DNA of 64,000 nucleotides, taken from positions 402,870-466,869 of the forward strand of contig JAHLWZ010000004.1 in NCBI GenBank assembly GCA_020536535.1, written 5' to 3'. Below the pieces are notes generated by a model, which saw only the letters and a program-made list of their open reading frames with translations, was not told the origin of the DNA and did no database searches. Of this stretch, positions 13,904-26,037 are shown piece by piece; the stretch's first letter is position 1, and each line of letters begins with the position of its first letter. Source of the DNA: Pelomyxa schiedti. Its lineage: Eukaryota > Protista > Evosea. Made by a program: the position numbers and the translations under genes.

Positions 13904-14684
13904 TCAGAGAAGGATGCAGCATCCTCCCTCTTTCTTGTTATCTTTGGAAAATCGTCTCATCGTTCGGACAACCGTCTGAAAGCTGGCCTCAATGTTGACG
14001 CTCAGTTTGGCGGATGTCTGTTTGTACATTAAGAACATACATATGAACAAAGCTTTTCATACCTCAAGATAAGGGGATTCTCCACAGGTCTTTGCCAAGG
14101 ATTTCCCTTCTTCTTCAGTAACTACTCGAGTTGTCGGATCCATGTCTATTTTGTTCCCGCAAAACACCACGGGAACTTTTGTAGCCTCCTTCAGAATGAG
14201 GATCCTCTGGTACATTTCCTGCGCAATCTGAAATGTAAGCCGATCCACGACGCTCCACACCACAAGGAACCCTTGCCCTTGTCTAAAATATGCCTCCCTC
14301 TAAAGAAGTGTTAGTAAGACAGTACACTCCCTCAAGTAGTACAGTATAAATTTCATCACATATTTATATTTCTTCACGAAGCTCTCAGGTGTGGTTGGTT
14401 GTACATAATTCGTAATAACTTATCAATACATGAAAGAAAGTGAAAAAAGAACCCACAATTGCGGCATAGTCGTCCTGACCAGCGGTGTCCAGAATCTCGA
14501 GCATGCACACTGTGTCGTCGACGCTGATTGGTTTCCGATAAGCAGTTTCGAGAGTGGGGTCGTAGTCCGTCACGAATACGTTCTGTACGAGGGCCAGCGT
14601 CATCGCGCTCTTGCCGACGCCACCCGCTCCCACAAGTACAACTCTGAAGCTATCCCCTGTCCCGGTTGTCTTGGTCTTTCCCAT
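13904..14684 (-). CDS. Ras-family small GTPase with CaaX (CCILL)
   Basis: GAGGVGKS, YDPTLETAY, DTAGQ, NKID, ETSAK, C-terminal KKEGGCCILL*. Confidence 0.92.
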
Positions 14685-15204
14685 TATTGTTGTGGTTGTT
14701 GTTGTTGTAGCAATCGCTATCTTATCTTAGGTGGTTTTCGGTTCTGTTGAACGGAAGAGGGTGTTGACGGTTTTTTTTTTTTTTTGAATGTGATGTTCAA
14801 GCTGGTGATGAATAGCGAGTACTGAGGCTGGGTGTAGTACTAGGCTTTAAATTAGTTTGCTGACGGTACGCTGTTGTATGCGTTTGTTGGTTTCTGGTTT
14901 TAAGGTCTTCCGTTCCGTTAAGATAAGTCTTAATTCGTTTTCGGTAGATTTGATATTACCATTTTGATACAGATCCGCGTACCTTGCCCTTGGTCTTGAA
15001 ATTCATGATGGCTTATGAGAAAACCTAATTGGTTGGATCTTGCCGTGATTGGGGCCAAGTGCTAAACGCGTACGGTGATATTCCACAATCAACGCATCGT
15101 AATAGGTACAAAATCTCGTGGGATGGGACTGAGAAAGTACTTTTGATTGAGGCAGCAAACTCACTTTGCGGAATGTGTTAAATTCCATCAGACTACACAG
15201 CTTT

Positions 15205-16263
15205 TCACAGAGTCACATTGTCAAAGATGAAAGAGTAGTGCTCAGAGTGATCAGGAGGGTTGTCAATGACGAGAAGCTGGTTTGTTGAGGGGATCCACGA
15301 GGTCATAATCACTGACCTGCCATATGAGGGGAGTGTGTTTCTGTAAGTGTCATCATACACCCCATGTGGTGTCAAACACCCCGGTAATCTCCCGACTCGT
15401 GTGTGCCTTTCCAAAGTAGAACTTCCCACACACAACAAACGCAAAGCCAGTCTGCCTCTTGACACGAGGGACAGTCCACGTCTGCAGGATTGCGAGGGAG
15501 TCAGGTTCCACCCTCGTGATGTGTATGTTGCCATTGTTGGGTGAGTGCACAACATACACCACACGCCCAGCATCAACATACCAGCACATGTCTGTGAACC
15601 CACCCCAGTCCCATTCCGATTGCCCCGTGTGACCAGCTTCTGGTAGTGTTGCTGTTGCCACAGTTGATCCATCACTCACACGCACCTTGGTCATGGTGGC
15701 TGCATTGTATGGGCTGCAGTACACGTGGCCGTTGTGTGCTGCCTGGTATGTCCCACCAGGGTAGGGAGCTACGTCCTTGAGTGTGAATTGCCTTGGGTTG
15801 GTGTTGCTGATGAAGCTGGTCATGTTTTCAAACTCAATAAGTGGCTGATGATTGTAGGTGATGTCCCAATACACCTTCCCTGTAGAGTTGTCAATACACA
15901 TCCTGACTGCCCGACGAGGTGCGACGGATGGCACCATGCTGCCAAGTTGTTTGAGCGTCCGAGCAGCGGATGGACTGTCGATCACCTGTGGTTCTTGGGT
16001 ACATTGAGTACAAGTGAGAAATTCGCCACTGGAGAATCCACTGGGGACCGTTGCCTGTGTTACGTTTCATTGCAGTTAGGACTTCTCTGACTGGCAGGTA
16101 CGCACCAGTGGATGGCCCGGTGGTGAAGCCGGTGTGGCGTCATCCAGCGGGAGGCTCCCTGAGCATTTGGTCACACAGTCGTGGCATAAACAGTGGGACG
16201 GTAGCCTACTACTCATCACATGATTACAGAGAGAGCGGTAAGGTGATTGAAACGAAAGTCGGT

Positions 16264-16295
<32 letters not shown>

Positions 16296-16377
16296 GGGGG
16301 GCGCCTCGGCACCTCGGTTCACTCACGCTCGACGTCGTCGTCTTTGATGGCGGTGCCACTGCTGCTGAATTGTACAT
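15205..16377 (-). CDS. Olfactomedin (OLF)-like domain protein with partial RING-like N-terminus; apparent frameshift near 15365 (possible pseudogene or assembly indel)
   Basis: WDWGGFTDMCWYVD..VYVVHS..GNIHITRVEPDSLAILQTW..KRQTGFAFVVCGKFY matches the OLF consensus; C-terminal MTSWIPSTNQLLVIDN lies in another frame. Confidence 0.7.
16264..16301. repeat. Poly-G run (poly-C on the coding strand) in the putative first intron of the OLF gene
   Basis: G31-T-G6 directly visible. Confidence 0.9.
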
Positions 16378-17278
16378 TTCCGAGCCGAGACGGAAAAAAG
16401 TCTGTTGCCAAGTTGCTGCTCTCTCAAATCAATGTTTGTGTTCTTTGGCGGTACGTGGGTGGGTGGGTGGGTGCTGTCTTTTTTACACAGCACAATGACA
16501 GTTTGCATAAAGGTGCCCTCACACACCCCCCATCCCTTATCAGTTCCCAGTTCCAGTCACTCGTCAAAAGGACCCTTCCTGCGGTCTGCAATGCTCTGGG
16601 AACGAGAAGCTATGCTGCCAGGGGGAACATTGCCAGAACCATCATTCATCCTAGTGTCATGTGCAGCGAGTGACTGTAGGGTACTAGCTTCCTGTACAAA
16701 GCGAAATGTAATGAATGTAAGTAATAGCCAAAGCAAAAAGAAAAGAAATAATAACAGGCCAAAAAAGGTTACTGTATCGTGCGTGCCTCTTGGCTGATTG
16801 ATGCAGAGCGAACTTCCTCGTCAGTTGGCTTCTCTGGGCTGATAAACTCAGCGGCGCTTCGCTTGCCACATATAGCCTCTGACGCCAGACACGTGTCATC
16901 TATTATGGGCCTAGCGGGCTGCTGTTGGAGCTGCTCTGGCCCCGTCGTCTTCTCGTCCTTCGTTTGTTGCTCGTCCGATTTTCCACTCATCCACGCGAGG
17001 ACTGCGGCGAAAAAGTAACTTGTGGGCTGGACATTTGTCAATGGCACCAAGGGACTTGTGGTGTTCGTGAGTAACGTCGACTTTTTGCATCACTAAAAAA
17101 AGAGTATTCGGTTCAAGAGACTCTGGTAAGGGGTGTTTTTTAAAATTACCTGGAAATCTGTCCCCCTCTGCCGGAGTTATAACGTTCAAATAAAAATCAA
17201 GAAACAAAAGAAAAATTAAATCCCCTGTGCGCACACGCGCAGTACAACGACAAACAGGAAAGACCCGACGAACACAAC

Positions 17279-18402
17279 ATGGCATCAGATCAGTATGCGC
17301 ATTCGCAAAACAACCAAGTGAAGTGGCGAGATGGGCGGAATGAATAGCGACAATTAACGTGCGCTTACTTTGCAGCGATTATTTCTTCAAGATCCTGCTC
17401 ATTGGCGATTCGGGTGTAGGCAAAAGTTGCTTGTTGATCAGATTTGCGGTAGGTCATCTATTGGGGTTTGGGGTCTTCTTCCCAGGCTCAGTCCGTTATT
17501 TATAGGATGACGCGTGGACCGACACGCATATTGCTACAATTGGTGTTGATTTTGTATGCTTTCTCCGTGCATATTTCTCTCTCAAAATGCACAGAAAATA
17601 AAAACACTGAACTGTGATGGAAAAGTAATCAAGCTCCAAATTGTATGCAGTTAAGTTTTGCAGCCACTCTTCTTAACCTGTTTTTCTTCCCCTGTGCTAG
17701 TGGGACACTGCAGGCCAAGAGAGGTAAATTACCCAACAAAAAACAAAATTCCACATCTCAATTCCTTTAGATTCCGAACCATTACTAGTGAGCATCCCTT
17801 TTTTCCCCCAATTTCTGTAAACACAATTTTGTTTTCAGGCTCTTATTACCGTGGTGCGCAAGGAATTATCTTGGTGTTTGATTGCACAGGTTTGTCTCAC
17901 ATATTTATGTTTCTGGGTGACAGTTATGGCAGACATGGAGACTTACACCAATGTCAAGCAATGGCTTGGTGAGATAGAACGGTACGCCTGTGAGAATGTC
18001 AATAAAGTACTGCTCCCACCTTGTTGTCTAATTACGTTAACACTTATTAGCTTCTTGTGGGTAATAAAACGGATCTTGTTGACCAGCGAGTTGTACAGAC
18101 AAGTCTTGCAAAGGTTTGTTAGTACCAAACCTTTTTGGTTTGCTCTTAAATAAGGAAGGAATTTGCTGAGAGTATGGATATTCCATACATAGAGGCCTCC
18201 GCAAAAGCAAATATTAATGTGGAGGAGACTTTCATGAAAATGGCCAGAGCAATAAAAGACAGGTCTTTACCCACTTTCAATACCAAGCCGATGTTAATAT
18301 CTACTTAGACTGTCAAATTCTACAGTTGAAGCCACACCGGCACCAAAACCTTTGAAACCTGCAAAACCACTGGGTAGTGGCGGTTTCAAATGTTCTATTT
18401 GA
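17279..18402 (+). CDS. RAB1: Rab1-like GTPase (many short exons)
   Basis: [74 protein letters not shown]. Confidence 0.9.
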
Positions 18403-18548
18403 GACAGCAAGACTCCTTTTTTGGCCCTCCCTTTGACTACCCTTCCCCCCTGCCATCCTAGACACATCACCCCTTCCCCCCCAAAAAAGCTTGTAAAAAT
18501 GAAAGACTTCTATTACATTCGATTTGAAACTCGGCATTTTTTTTTGGA

Positions 18549-19518
18549 TCATGGATACCAGTCCAAATCAACTCCTGTGTTGCACAATGTGGTTGTTCCT
18601 TGGTATTGTTTGATGCTTGGCTACAAACGTTGTGATTCAAAGTGGAATATCTGCAAGTAAGATAAAACACATACACTAGTCCAGCCTCCAAAAGCTACAA
18701 AGTCACTAAAACTTGGATTGTCGTCATAGTGAGCGTACCACAGGCCATAACCCGCTCCGCCAGTGTATGAACTAATTTAGGATAAGGGATGTAGGGAAGA
18801 GGGGAAAAAAAAAAGGTCAACCTCCCCATAATAAGGGTCCACATATTTTTGTTTGTATACACTCCAATGGTCACACCCTGACCCTTGGCCGCACCAACAA
18901 GAGAGGTGAAGAACTGCTGGTTTTCTTGACGTTGGTTAATGCCTAGTACAATTACCACGGTAAAGTACCTGTCAGGCTTGTGCTCCAATACTGTCCGAGA
19001 ACTCCATTTGGCTCCTCAACATCCAGCCATAGCATTCCATATTCAACACCATTTGAAGTAAGATTTCCAATAGCTTGTTGCATTTGTGTCCTAACATTTA
19101 TCATGAGAGCCAATCTTAAAAAAAAAAAAAAACTCACGAGGCAGTCGACGACGTGCAACTTGGGTGGTTACCACCATAGCATGGGAAGAAATATACATCA
19201 AAGTGCTTCATTCCTGCATTGCTGTTTAGTTTCTTCCAGGTGTATTTGCCATCCATCCACAAAAAACCCCAAAACGGGTGATGACTACGAACCGGCATTC
19301 CACGAAGATGTAGACGACTCCACACACGCCGAGTCAAACGAGCCCGAGGACTTCCAGCACCTCGCGATGGCGTACGACTTGGACGACGACACCATGCACG
19401 ACGCCGCGTCGGGCGTGATCGTTGTGCTGACGTCGACGCCGTTGGTGGCCCGCGCCACCCCGGACATCGCAGAAATTGCCACCACCGCCCATAATAGCAC
19501 AGTGCGTAGTCCGTGCAT
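18549..19518 (-). CDS. Secreted protist-type GH25 lysozyme
   Basis: Signal peptide; [63 protein letters not shown]. Confidence 0.9.
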
Positions 19519-19688
19519 CGCCTTGGAGTTGACCCACTCACGTCGAAAAACTTCCCCCTTGGCAACGAACGTTCTTTGAATTTGTGATCAGGTGCCAAGA
19601 GAAATTCGTTTTTTTATTGTTTCAGAAACCGAAAAAAAACCGATAGAGGGGGCAGAGGCTGCCTCTGGGTGTATTAAACTTAGATCTT

Positions 19689-22600
19689 ATGCCATCACGA
19701 ATAAAGCCGCAACAACCGCGGCTGGTGAAGCGTATACAACATGTCGCTGGTGGTGCTTTGAGATCTCACCTTGTTGGATTGTCGCACTCATCGGTGGACG
19801 CTGTTGTAAAGTCTTACGTGGTGCCTTCGTCGCCACCGGAAGAGCAGCTGGAAAAAGTGGTTTTGGATCCACCTAAACTCGAATCCCCTGTGAGTGTGAT
19901 GCCGGCTTTGATTGATGTGGCGAATGCAACTTTGCCAGGAGCCTCTTTACCGCCTGTTGACATAGGAAGAGATGAGTTTACTTCCGACGACACACACGGA
20001 ACATGGGCACATAGAGTGGCGAAGGTGACATTTTATTCTTTTTTCAAAAAGAAAACATGGGTCACTAACGTGAGAGAACTTTTTAACCTTAACAAGGTCT
20101 ATGACCCCTCTTCTATGGAAAAGCTACCCTATTTCCCAGAGGCATATTTTGTTGCCAGGCGAGACGTTCTTTCCCGGTCTTATGTGCAGAGGTCATCTAT
20201 TATCGTAATTGAACTTCATATTGGAGGTTTCTACGTAAGACAAATACATGCTCTTACCTACACTCTTAGTTGATGCCTTGAGTAAGTATTACTTTCGGGT
20301 TCTAGTTATTCGTGGTTCCAGAGAGAAAATTGATACTGGAAATGCCACCAAGGGAATAATGTACGCGAGCACACTTAGTGATGCACAAGCCATCTATGGG
20401 TCTCTTGTGCGAGAGAAGGTCGTAATTAATGATACAAATACAATCTTAAAGAAAATAGACCTCAAACATGAACAAGTATAAAAAGATCATTTTGTCATTT
20501 GCAAATATGGGAACAAGCACAAGTACCCTTTCTCTCATTGAAGAAATTACCTTACACATGCTGCTAAGTTACACCAGTTTCTGCTTTATCAAAAGACGTT
20601 CGAGATCTTCTCCTTCATTTATACAAGGAGTGTGCTCTACAGCTTTCTAATAAACAAATCAACTTCGATAAAGTTTCTCCTCCTCAAATTGAAAAAGCCC
20701 TTGTTGTTCTATACAAAATGCGAGAAGTATGATATCACACTGGATGCCAGTCATTTTTTTAAAACAAAAAATAAGGAGCTGAAATCCAATGATGTCATAG
20801 AGGCTACAAAAGCGTCTGCCCTTTCTTCCGAATTTTTTTCTCTTGTTCCAGTTGGGCAATCTAGGCAAAAAGTTTTTCCACTCCTTCTACTCCACTTTTA
20901 CACTGTTTCTAGTTGATTAGCACAATGGAACAAGTCTTGGAGTGGCTAGATTTATTACAGTCGATGAAAGATCTTACAAATCTTGGAGAGGCCTCCTTTG
21001 ATATGAGTGGAAATTTAAATGATGTTGACATGCTGTCTGCAGCACTAATTTCCCATTTTATATGACTCTAAACAAAATGAAGATACTACTCTTTAGGTTG
21101 CGATATTGACCTGGTCAGTCCGTCGTCATCAGAATATGCAAATATTGTTGAGATTATAGGTCAACGCAGGCAGCGTAACGGAGGAGGGCCTCTTACAATA
21201 GGAAAGATCTTCAAAGCACATAGACATATGGATTTATCATCATTTACTAATGGAATATCCAATCATCAATTGTTATTCCATGGAACTGCAATAGGTCTCA
21301 CTTTCACTCTCTTCTCGTCCACTCACTTAAAGCAAGGGAATTGGCTTGGTATATTGTCAAGAGGCATGCTTCTGCCCCAAGTGGTCGTTAAGCTAGGAGT
21401 TAAACGTACCAATGCTGGAAATATGGGGGCTGGCCTTTACTTCGCCGATGATCCTATGACAGCCTTGAAGTATTCCGCTACTGGTGCCATGGGTGCTATG
21501 GGTACTAAGTATGTTTGCATTCTTTCAACCTTTGTTTAACCCATTCTAAGATACCTATTGCTATCCAATGTAGCTCTTGGAACAGTTAAAGATTTGTATA
21601 AATTTGACTCGAGCCTTAGCTCACCACCCCCTGGATTTGATAGTTGTCACGGCGTAAAAAGAACAGCAACATCACCAAGTGATTTTGATGATGATGAGTA
21701 ATATCTCCCAAAGCTTGACATCTCAAGAGCTGACCTTCCAATAGATTTATTATTTACAATACATCGCAACAACACGTGCAATACTTGATTGAAGTTGACA
21801 GCCCCGGTGTGACAACAATCTCAAGCACTCCTCTCTTGTCCCCTCCAAAAAAGCCTAGACCAATTGGGCAACTATCAACATCTATTCCAGAAGCTCTCCC
21901 CGACCTTCCTCCAGTAACAATATCCTAGTACCTCACATACAACTCATGTCTTTCCATGTTTTCCCAGTCAAATGAAAAGGCTGGTCTTATGTCTAGCTCA
22001 GGGACTCCCGTACCTTTGGAGGCCGTAAGCATTCACGCAAAACTCATTGGTACCTTGGCAGCAAAATTCTCATTATTTATCTTTCCGGATAGATCTTGTG
22101 GCGGAAGTGGTGATGTTACAAGAATTCAACAATGTTGGGGATGAACCCATAGAAGCTAAATATGTTTTCCCGCTTGACGAAAAATCTGCTGTTGTTGGCT
22201 TCGAGGCATTTATCAATCGTACTTTACAAAGAAAAGAACCCTACTAACTGTGAATAGACAAACACATTGTTGGTGTTGTTAAGGAGAAGGAACAGGCACA
22301 TAAGGAGTACAAGGCAGCTATAGAACGAGGTGATGGTGCCTATCTCCTGGATGAAGCTAAGTCAAGTGTTTTTACTGTATCTGTTGGAAATCTACCTCCA
22401 AAAACCAAAGTGGTGATCAAAATTTCATGTAAGCACCTCATCTCTAAGCCGCACACGTAATTACTTGACATTGTCAGATATTACGGAACTTGCTATTGAA
22501 GGAAATGCACGTAAATTTGTTTGTCCAATGAATCTTGTTGGTCAACAAAAGCACAGTGCCCTAGCACAAGTTTCTCAATCTACCACAAAAACTGTAAATA

Positions 22601-25600
22601 CAGTACAACCTCAGGTGAAAATAATTCATCTATCTTCTTTTTTTAAGTACATTAGGGTACGTTCTATATGGAGATTTCCATTAATATGCCCCACGTCATT
22701 CACGCTATTGAGAGCCCCTCCCACTCCATTCGTTACAAATCAACACCAAAGAAAGCAACACTGTTCTGGCTTGATCCCAGTTTGCTTTTTTTTTTTTAAA
22801 TCAAATCGAACTAACATTCATGCAGATCCCCCCACAACCGATTTCATTCTTCTTGTCCGGCTGTGTGATGTCCGTACTCCGTTCATGTGGGTAGAACGAA
22901 CACCCACAGATATATCCGTTCCTGAAGTGGAGGAACATGTAGCTATGGTTGCATTGTACCCTTCTCTTTCCGAAAATCTTCTATCCAACTCAGAGTGTTC
23001 GTCTTACCTCCCATCTTTTTGTGCTGATATTTTAATAAAGACACCCTTCTTATTGATCAATCTGCCAGTATGATTCCTTCTCTCTCAGTGTGCAAACAAG
23101 TGGCCCATCACCTTGGTATGAACTACTGTGCTTCCTACGAAATATATTCATAAAACAAGTCCGAGGAATTCCGCTGATGGCTTCTTTTAATATTATAACA
23201 TTTGGCTCTGTGTTTGAACCACTGTTCCTTTCGCCAATTTTAAAAACTACCAGTTCTGCTGATCAAAGTGCTCTCTCACATATTTCTGTACTTCACAAAA
23301 AGTACTATTCATAGTGATAACATCATCAGAAACTCCAAGGTGACTGGGGAGCCAGTATTCTTTGGCCAGCGCTAAAATCCACACTCTTACAAATCGAAAT
23401 CAGAGACAAGATGCCAAAATCCAGCACTGATTCATTGATTTCCAATCTTTTCATTATTACCGATGGTGATTTTTCTCATGATTCCCAAGTTTTCGATGTG
23501 TGTTTAAAAAACCAAACATTAACTTAACACCAACACTTCAAGCTCATCCGTGATCACTGCCAAAGGCCTGGAAATAAGACACGTATATTTTCTTTTGGGA
23601 TTGGGACAGAAGTACATAGGCACAACATTTTCACACTTGCCCGCCTTGGAGGTGGCGCTGCCGAATTTGTTGCCTCCAATAACCCACTTCGACGGCAGGT
23701 TCTAAATCTTCATTCAATAGTAAAAACGTGCTAATCTGTATCCTCAAATAGGTGTCAAGGCAACTGGAGCGGGCACAACAACCTTGCTTAAAAGATATTT
23801 CTGTAGAGTGGGGTGCACGTCATAGTGTTGCAGGTCCTGTGAAGCAAGCGCCACATAAGCTCATGTCCCTATTCAGTGGAGAACGCGTAATCATTTTTGC
23901 TTTTATTCCTCAAGATTGCCACCAGGTATGTGCATCAGTGTCTTGCACAAAACCTGAAGGAATGAAAGGTTACCCTCCAAGCAGGCAGAAGTGATTCAGA
24001 AGAGAAATTTCAAATAACTGTGACGTCCAACCTTGCTGAAACTGTTACGGGGCTAATGTTGCATAGACTTTGTGCTCGATCTGTGGTGAGGTATAAAACA
24101 AGCACCTCAACTATTTTCCTCATTAAATGAAGAGACTGGGAAGATCAGTGCATCGCAGAGGACAGTGTATCAAGTGAGCTGGCAAGAGTTCAAGTGAGAT
24201 CTTTTGAAGGCATATCTCTTTCTAAGAAATGTGTAGAGAAAAGGGGAGATAATAGAATTGGGAATTCGGTACTCTCTTGCCACCACCTTAACCTCCTTTA
24301 TCGCTGTAGAGGTACTTCCTTTCACGTTTCCTTTTCTATTTTAAGTTCCAGTAGGAAAGAAGTGAAGAAGAGAAAAAAGGGTATCTTTTACAATACTGCA
24401 CTAAATTGAAATAAAAGTATCACAGTTTAGTGAAATTAAAACCCACACCTCCGATAACTGAGCTGGCAAAGAGCGAAAAAGTTGACGAACTTCCGTTTTG
24501 TACAAATTGGAAGGAGGCAAAGAAAGAATTGTTTCAGTTAAACAGCATTCCTTTTAGGTACTCCTCGCTTCATATTAGTCAGTCATCTTCTAATTTACCT
24601 GAAAAAGTGAGAGGAAGAACTATGGAAGGGCGTACCACTCTACTGTGTATGATTTTTGGGCTCGGGCACCAGCAGAGACGCCTTTACCACCCTTAAACAC
24701 AAATAATCCCTGTAACTGCAAAATTTAACCACAAGTAGTATATTAATAGCTTTTCCCTATGATAGATTGGACCCTAACATTCCCTGAGCAAGTTCCTGTG
24801 CGGCACGATCTCTTTGGCTTCATGCAGGATCAAAATGTCTCAGTAGAACTATTGTGTAAAAAGAAAAGCAGAATGCCAGGCATCCTAGCTCGCCGCAAGA
24901 GGGAAACGTTCTCCAATGCACTTTTCTGTGAAGATTCAGAGCTTAGTATAGCGCCCTGTTGTTCTAGTTCATCATCCAGGGGACTTATGTATTCCCCACT
25001 ATCTCCCCCATGCATGGAGGCGGAGGAGGATTCCTTTTGTGCAGAAGAAGAAATGTACGCACCTCCCATGCGACTCGCTTCACCAGCAGCGTCAGCCGCC
25101 GCCGCACCACCACCACCACCACCACAAGCAGCAGCAGCACCATCTAAGGCTCTGCCACCCCCAACTACTACGCCGTCGCCTCCTTCTGCAAAACCCCAAA
25201 GCGCCAAGGCAGCAGCACCGCGGGCACAAGAGGACAAGAGGAAGGCCGATAGAAGAGCACGGTGTGAAGAAGAGGTGGAGAATGTAAAGAAGGTAATGAG
25301 GGAAAATATTGAGCACGTGTTGGAACGAGGAGAGAGGATTGAGTGCCTTCAAGACAAGTCAGCTGATTTGGCATACGCTGGTGCAAGGTTCAAATCACTG
25401 TCCTCTCAGAGGTTACCCCAATTTTTGTAGGCACGTTGTCTAACTGAATAAAGGTATTGCTGTTCGGCCCCTTCGTATGCGCCGATTTCACTGGCCTGCG
25501 ATTCTTCTTATTCTAGGAAAAAAGCTGGCTGTTTTATAGCCACTGCTGCATTTGGTACTCCGATGGATACCAGGATAAATGTTTTGCGTTGCTTCAGGTT

Positions 25601-25920
25601 CGTTGCCCCAAGCAGGAGAACGAACACTCCTCACCCTTTGTAGAGACACAACTCTGCACAGCCATTGGCTAGGGCGGTCCTTCACTGCCCTTTATTATAC
25701 ACTTTCCCCGCCAGTTGCCACGTGGCTGACAAAGCACCCTCTAGCCTGCGCACTCACCAGGACGGCTTTCCTTGTACCAGTAGTCCTGTTACTTGAACAC
25801 TGTGGATACTCCAAATGTACGGATGTGGATCACAACAAAGCCGCCAAGCAGACACTCCTCTGGGCTTTGGCGATTTTGTTGGTGCCCTTCCTTCTCATCC
25901 TCTCCGTACTCGTTCTGTGA
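19689..25920 (+). CDS. PARP4/vault-PARP-like multidomain protein: WGR-like - PARP regulatory - PARP catalytic - VIT - vWA - R-SNARE motif - CFI-box-CTERM - tail anchor
   Basis: LLFHGT, GAGLYFADD..KYS and DDEFIIY (H-Y-E); VIT (IEAKYVFPLDEKSAVVGFEAFI, SVGNLPP); vWA MIDAS DQSAS and ITDG; VKKVMRENIEHVLERGERIECLQDKSADL; CFIATAAFG; GT-AG introns keep one frame through the 3' part. Confidence 0.85.
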
Positions 25921-26037
25921 CAGTAATTGTATCAAAAGAAAAAAAAAATGCGAATAAGCGAAGGAAATAAGAAAAAACAGGATTTTCTATTAACCTTGCA
26001 GTTGCACATAATTAATTAAAACCCCTGCAGATCAGAC

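Noticed and set aside
16500-17285. Minus-strand ORFs (MSGKSDEQQTKDE...) between the OLF gene and Rab1
   Set aside because: May be a small hypothetical gene, but no domain or convincing exon chain was found
19689-19860. Possible N-terminal BRCT domain as in PARP4
   Set aside because: Only faint resemblance; too short to call
25579-25643. ORF-track peptide CFVASGSLPQAGERT as the CFI-box start
   Set aside because: Mostly intron read-through; the real CFIATAAFG lies in another frame at 25530
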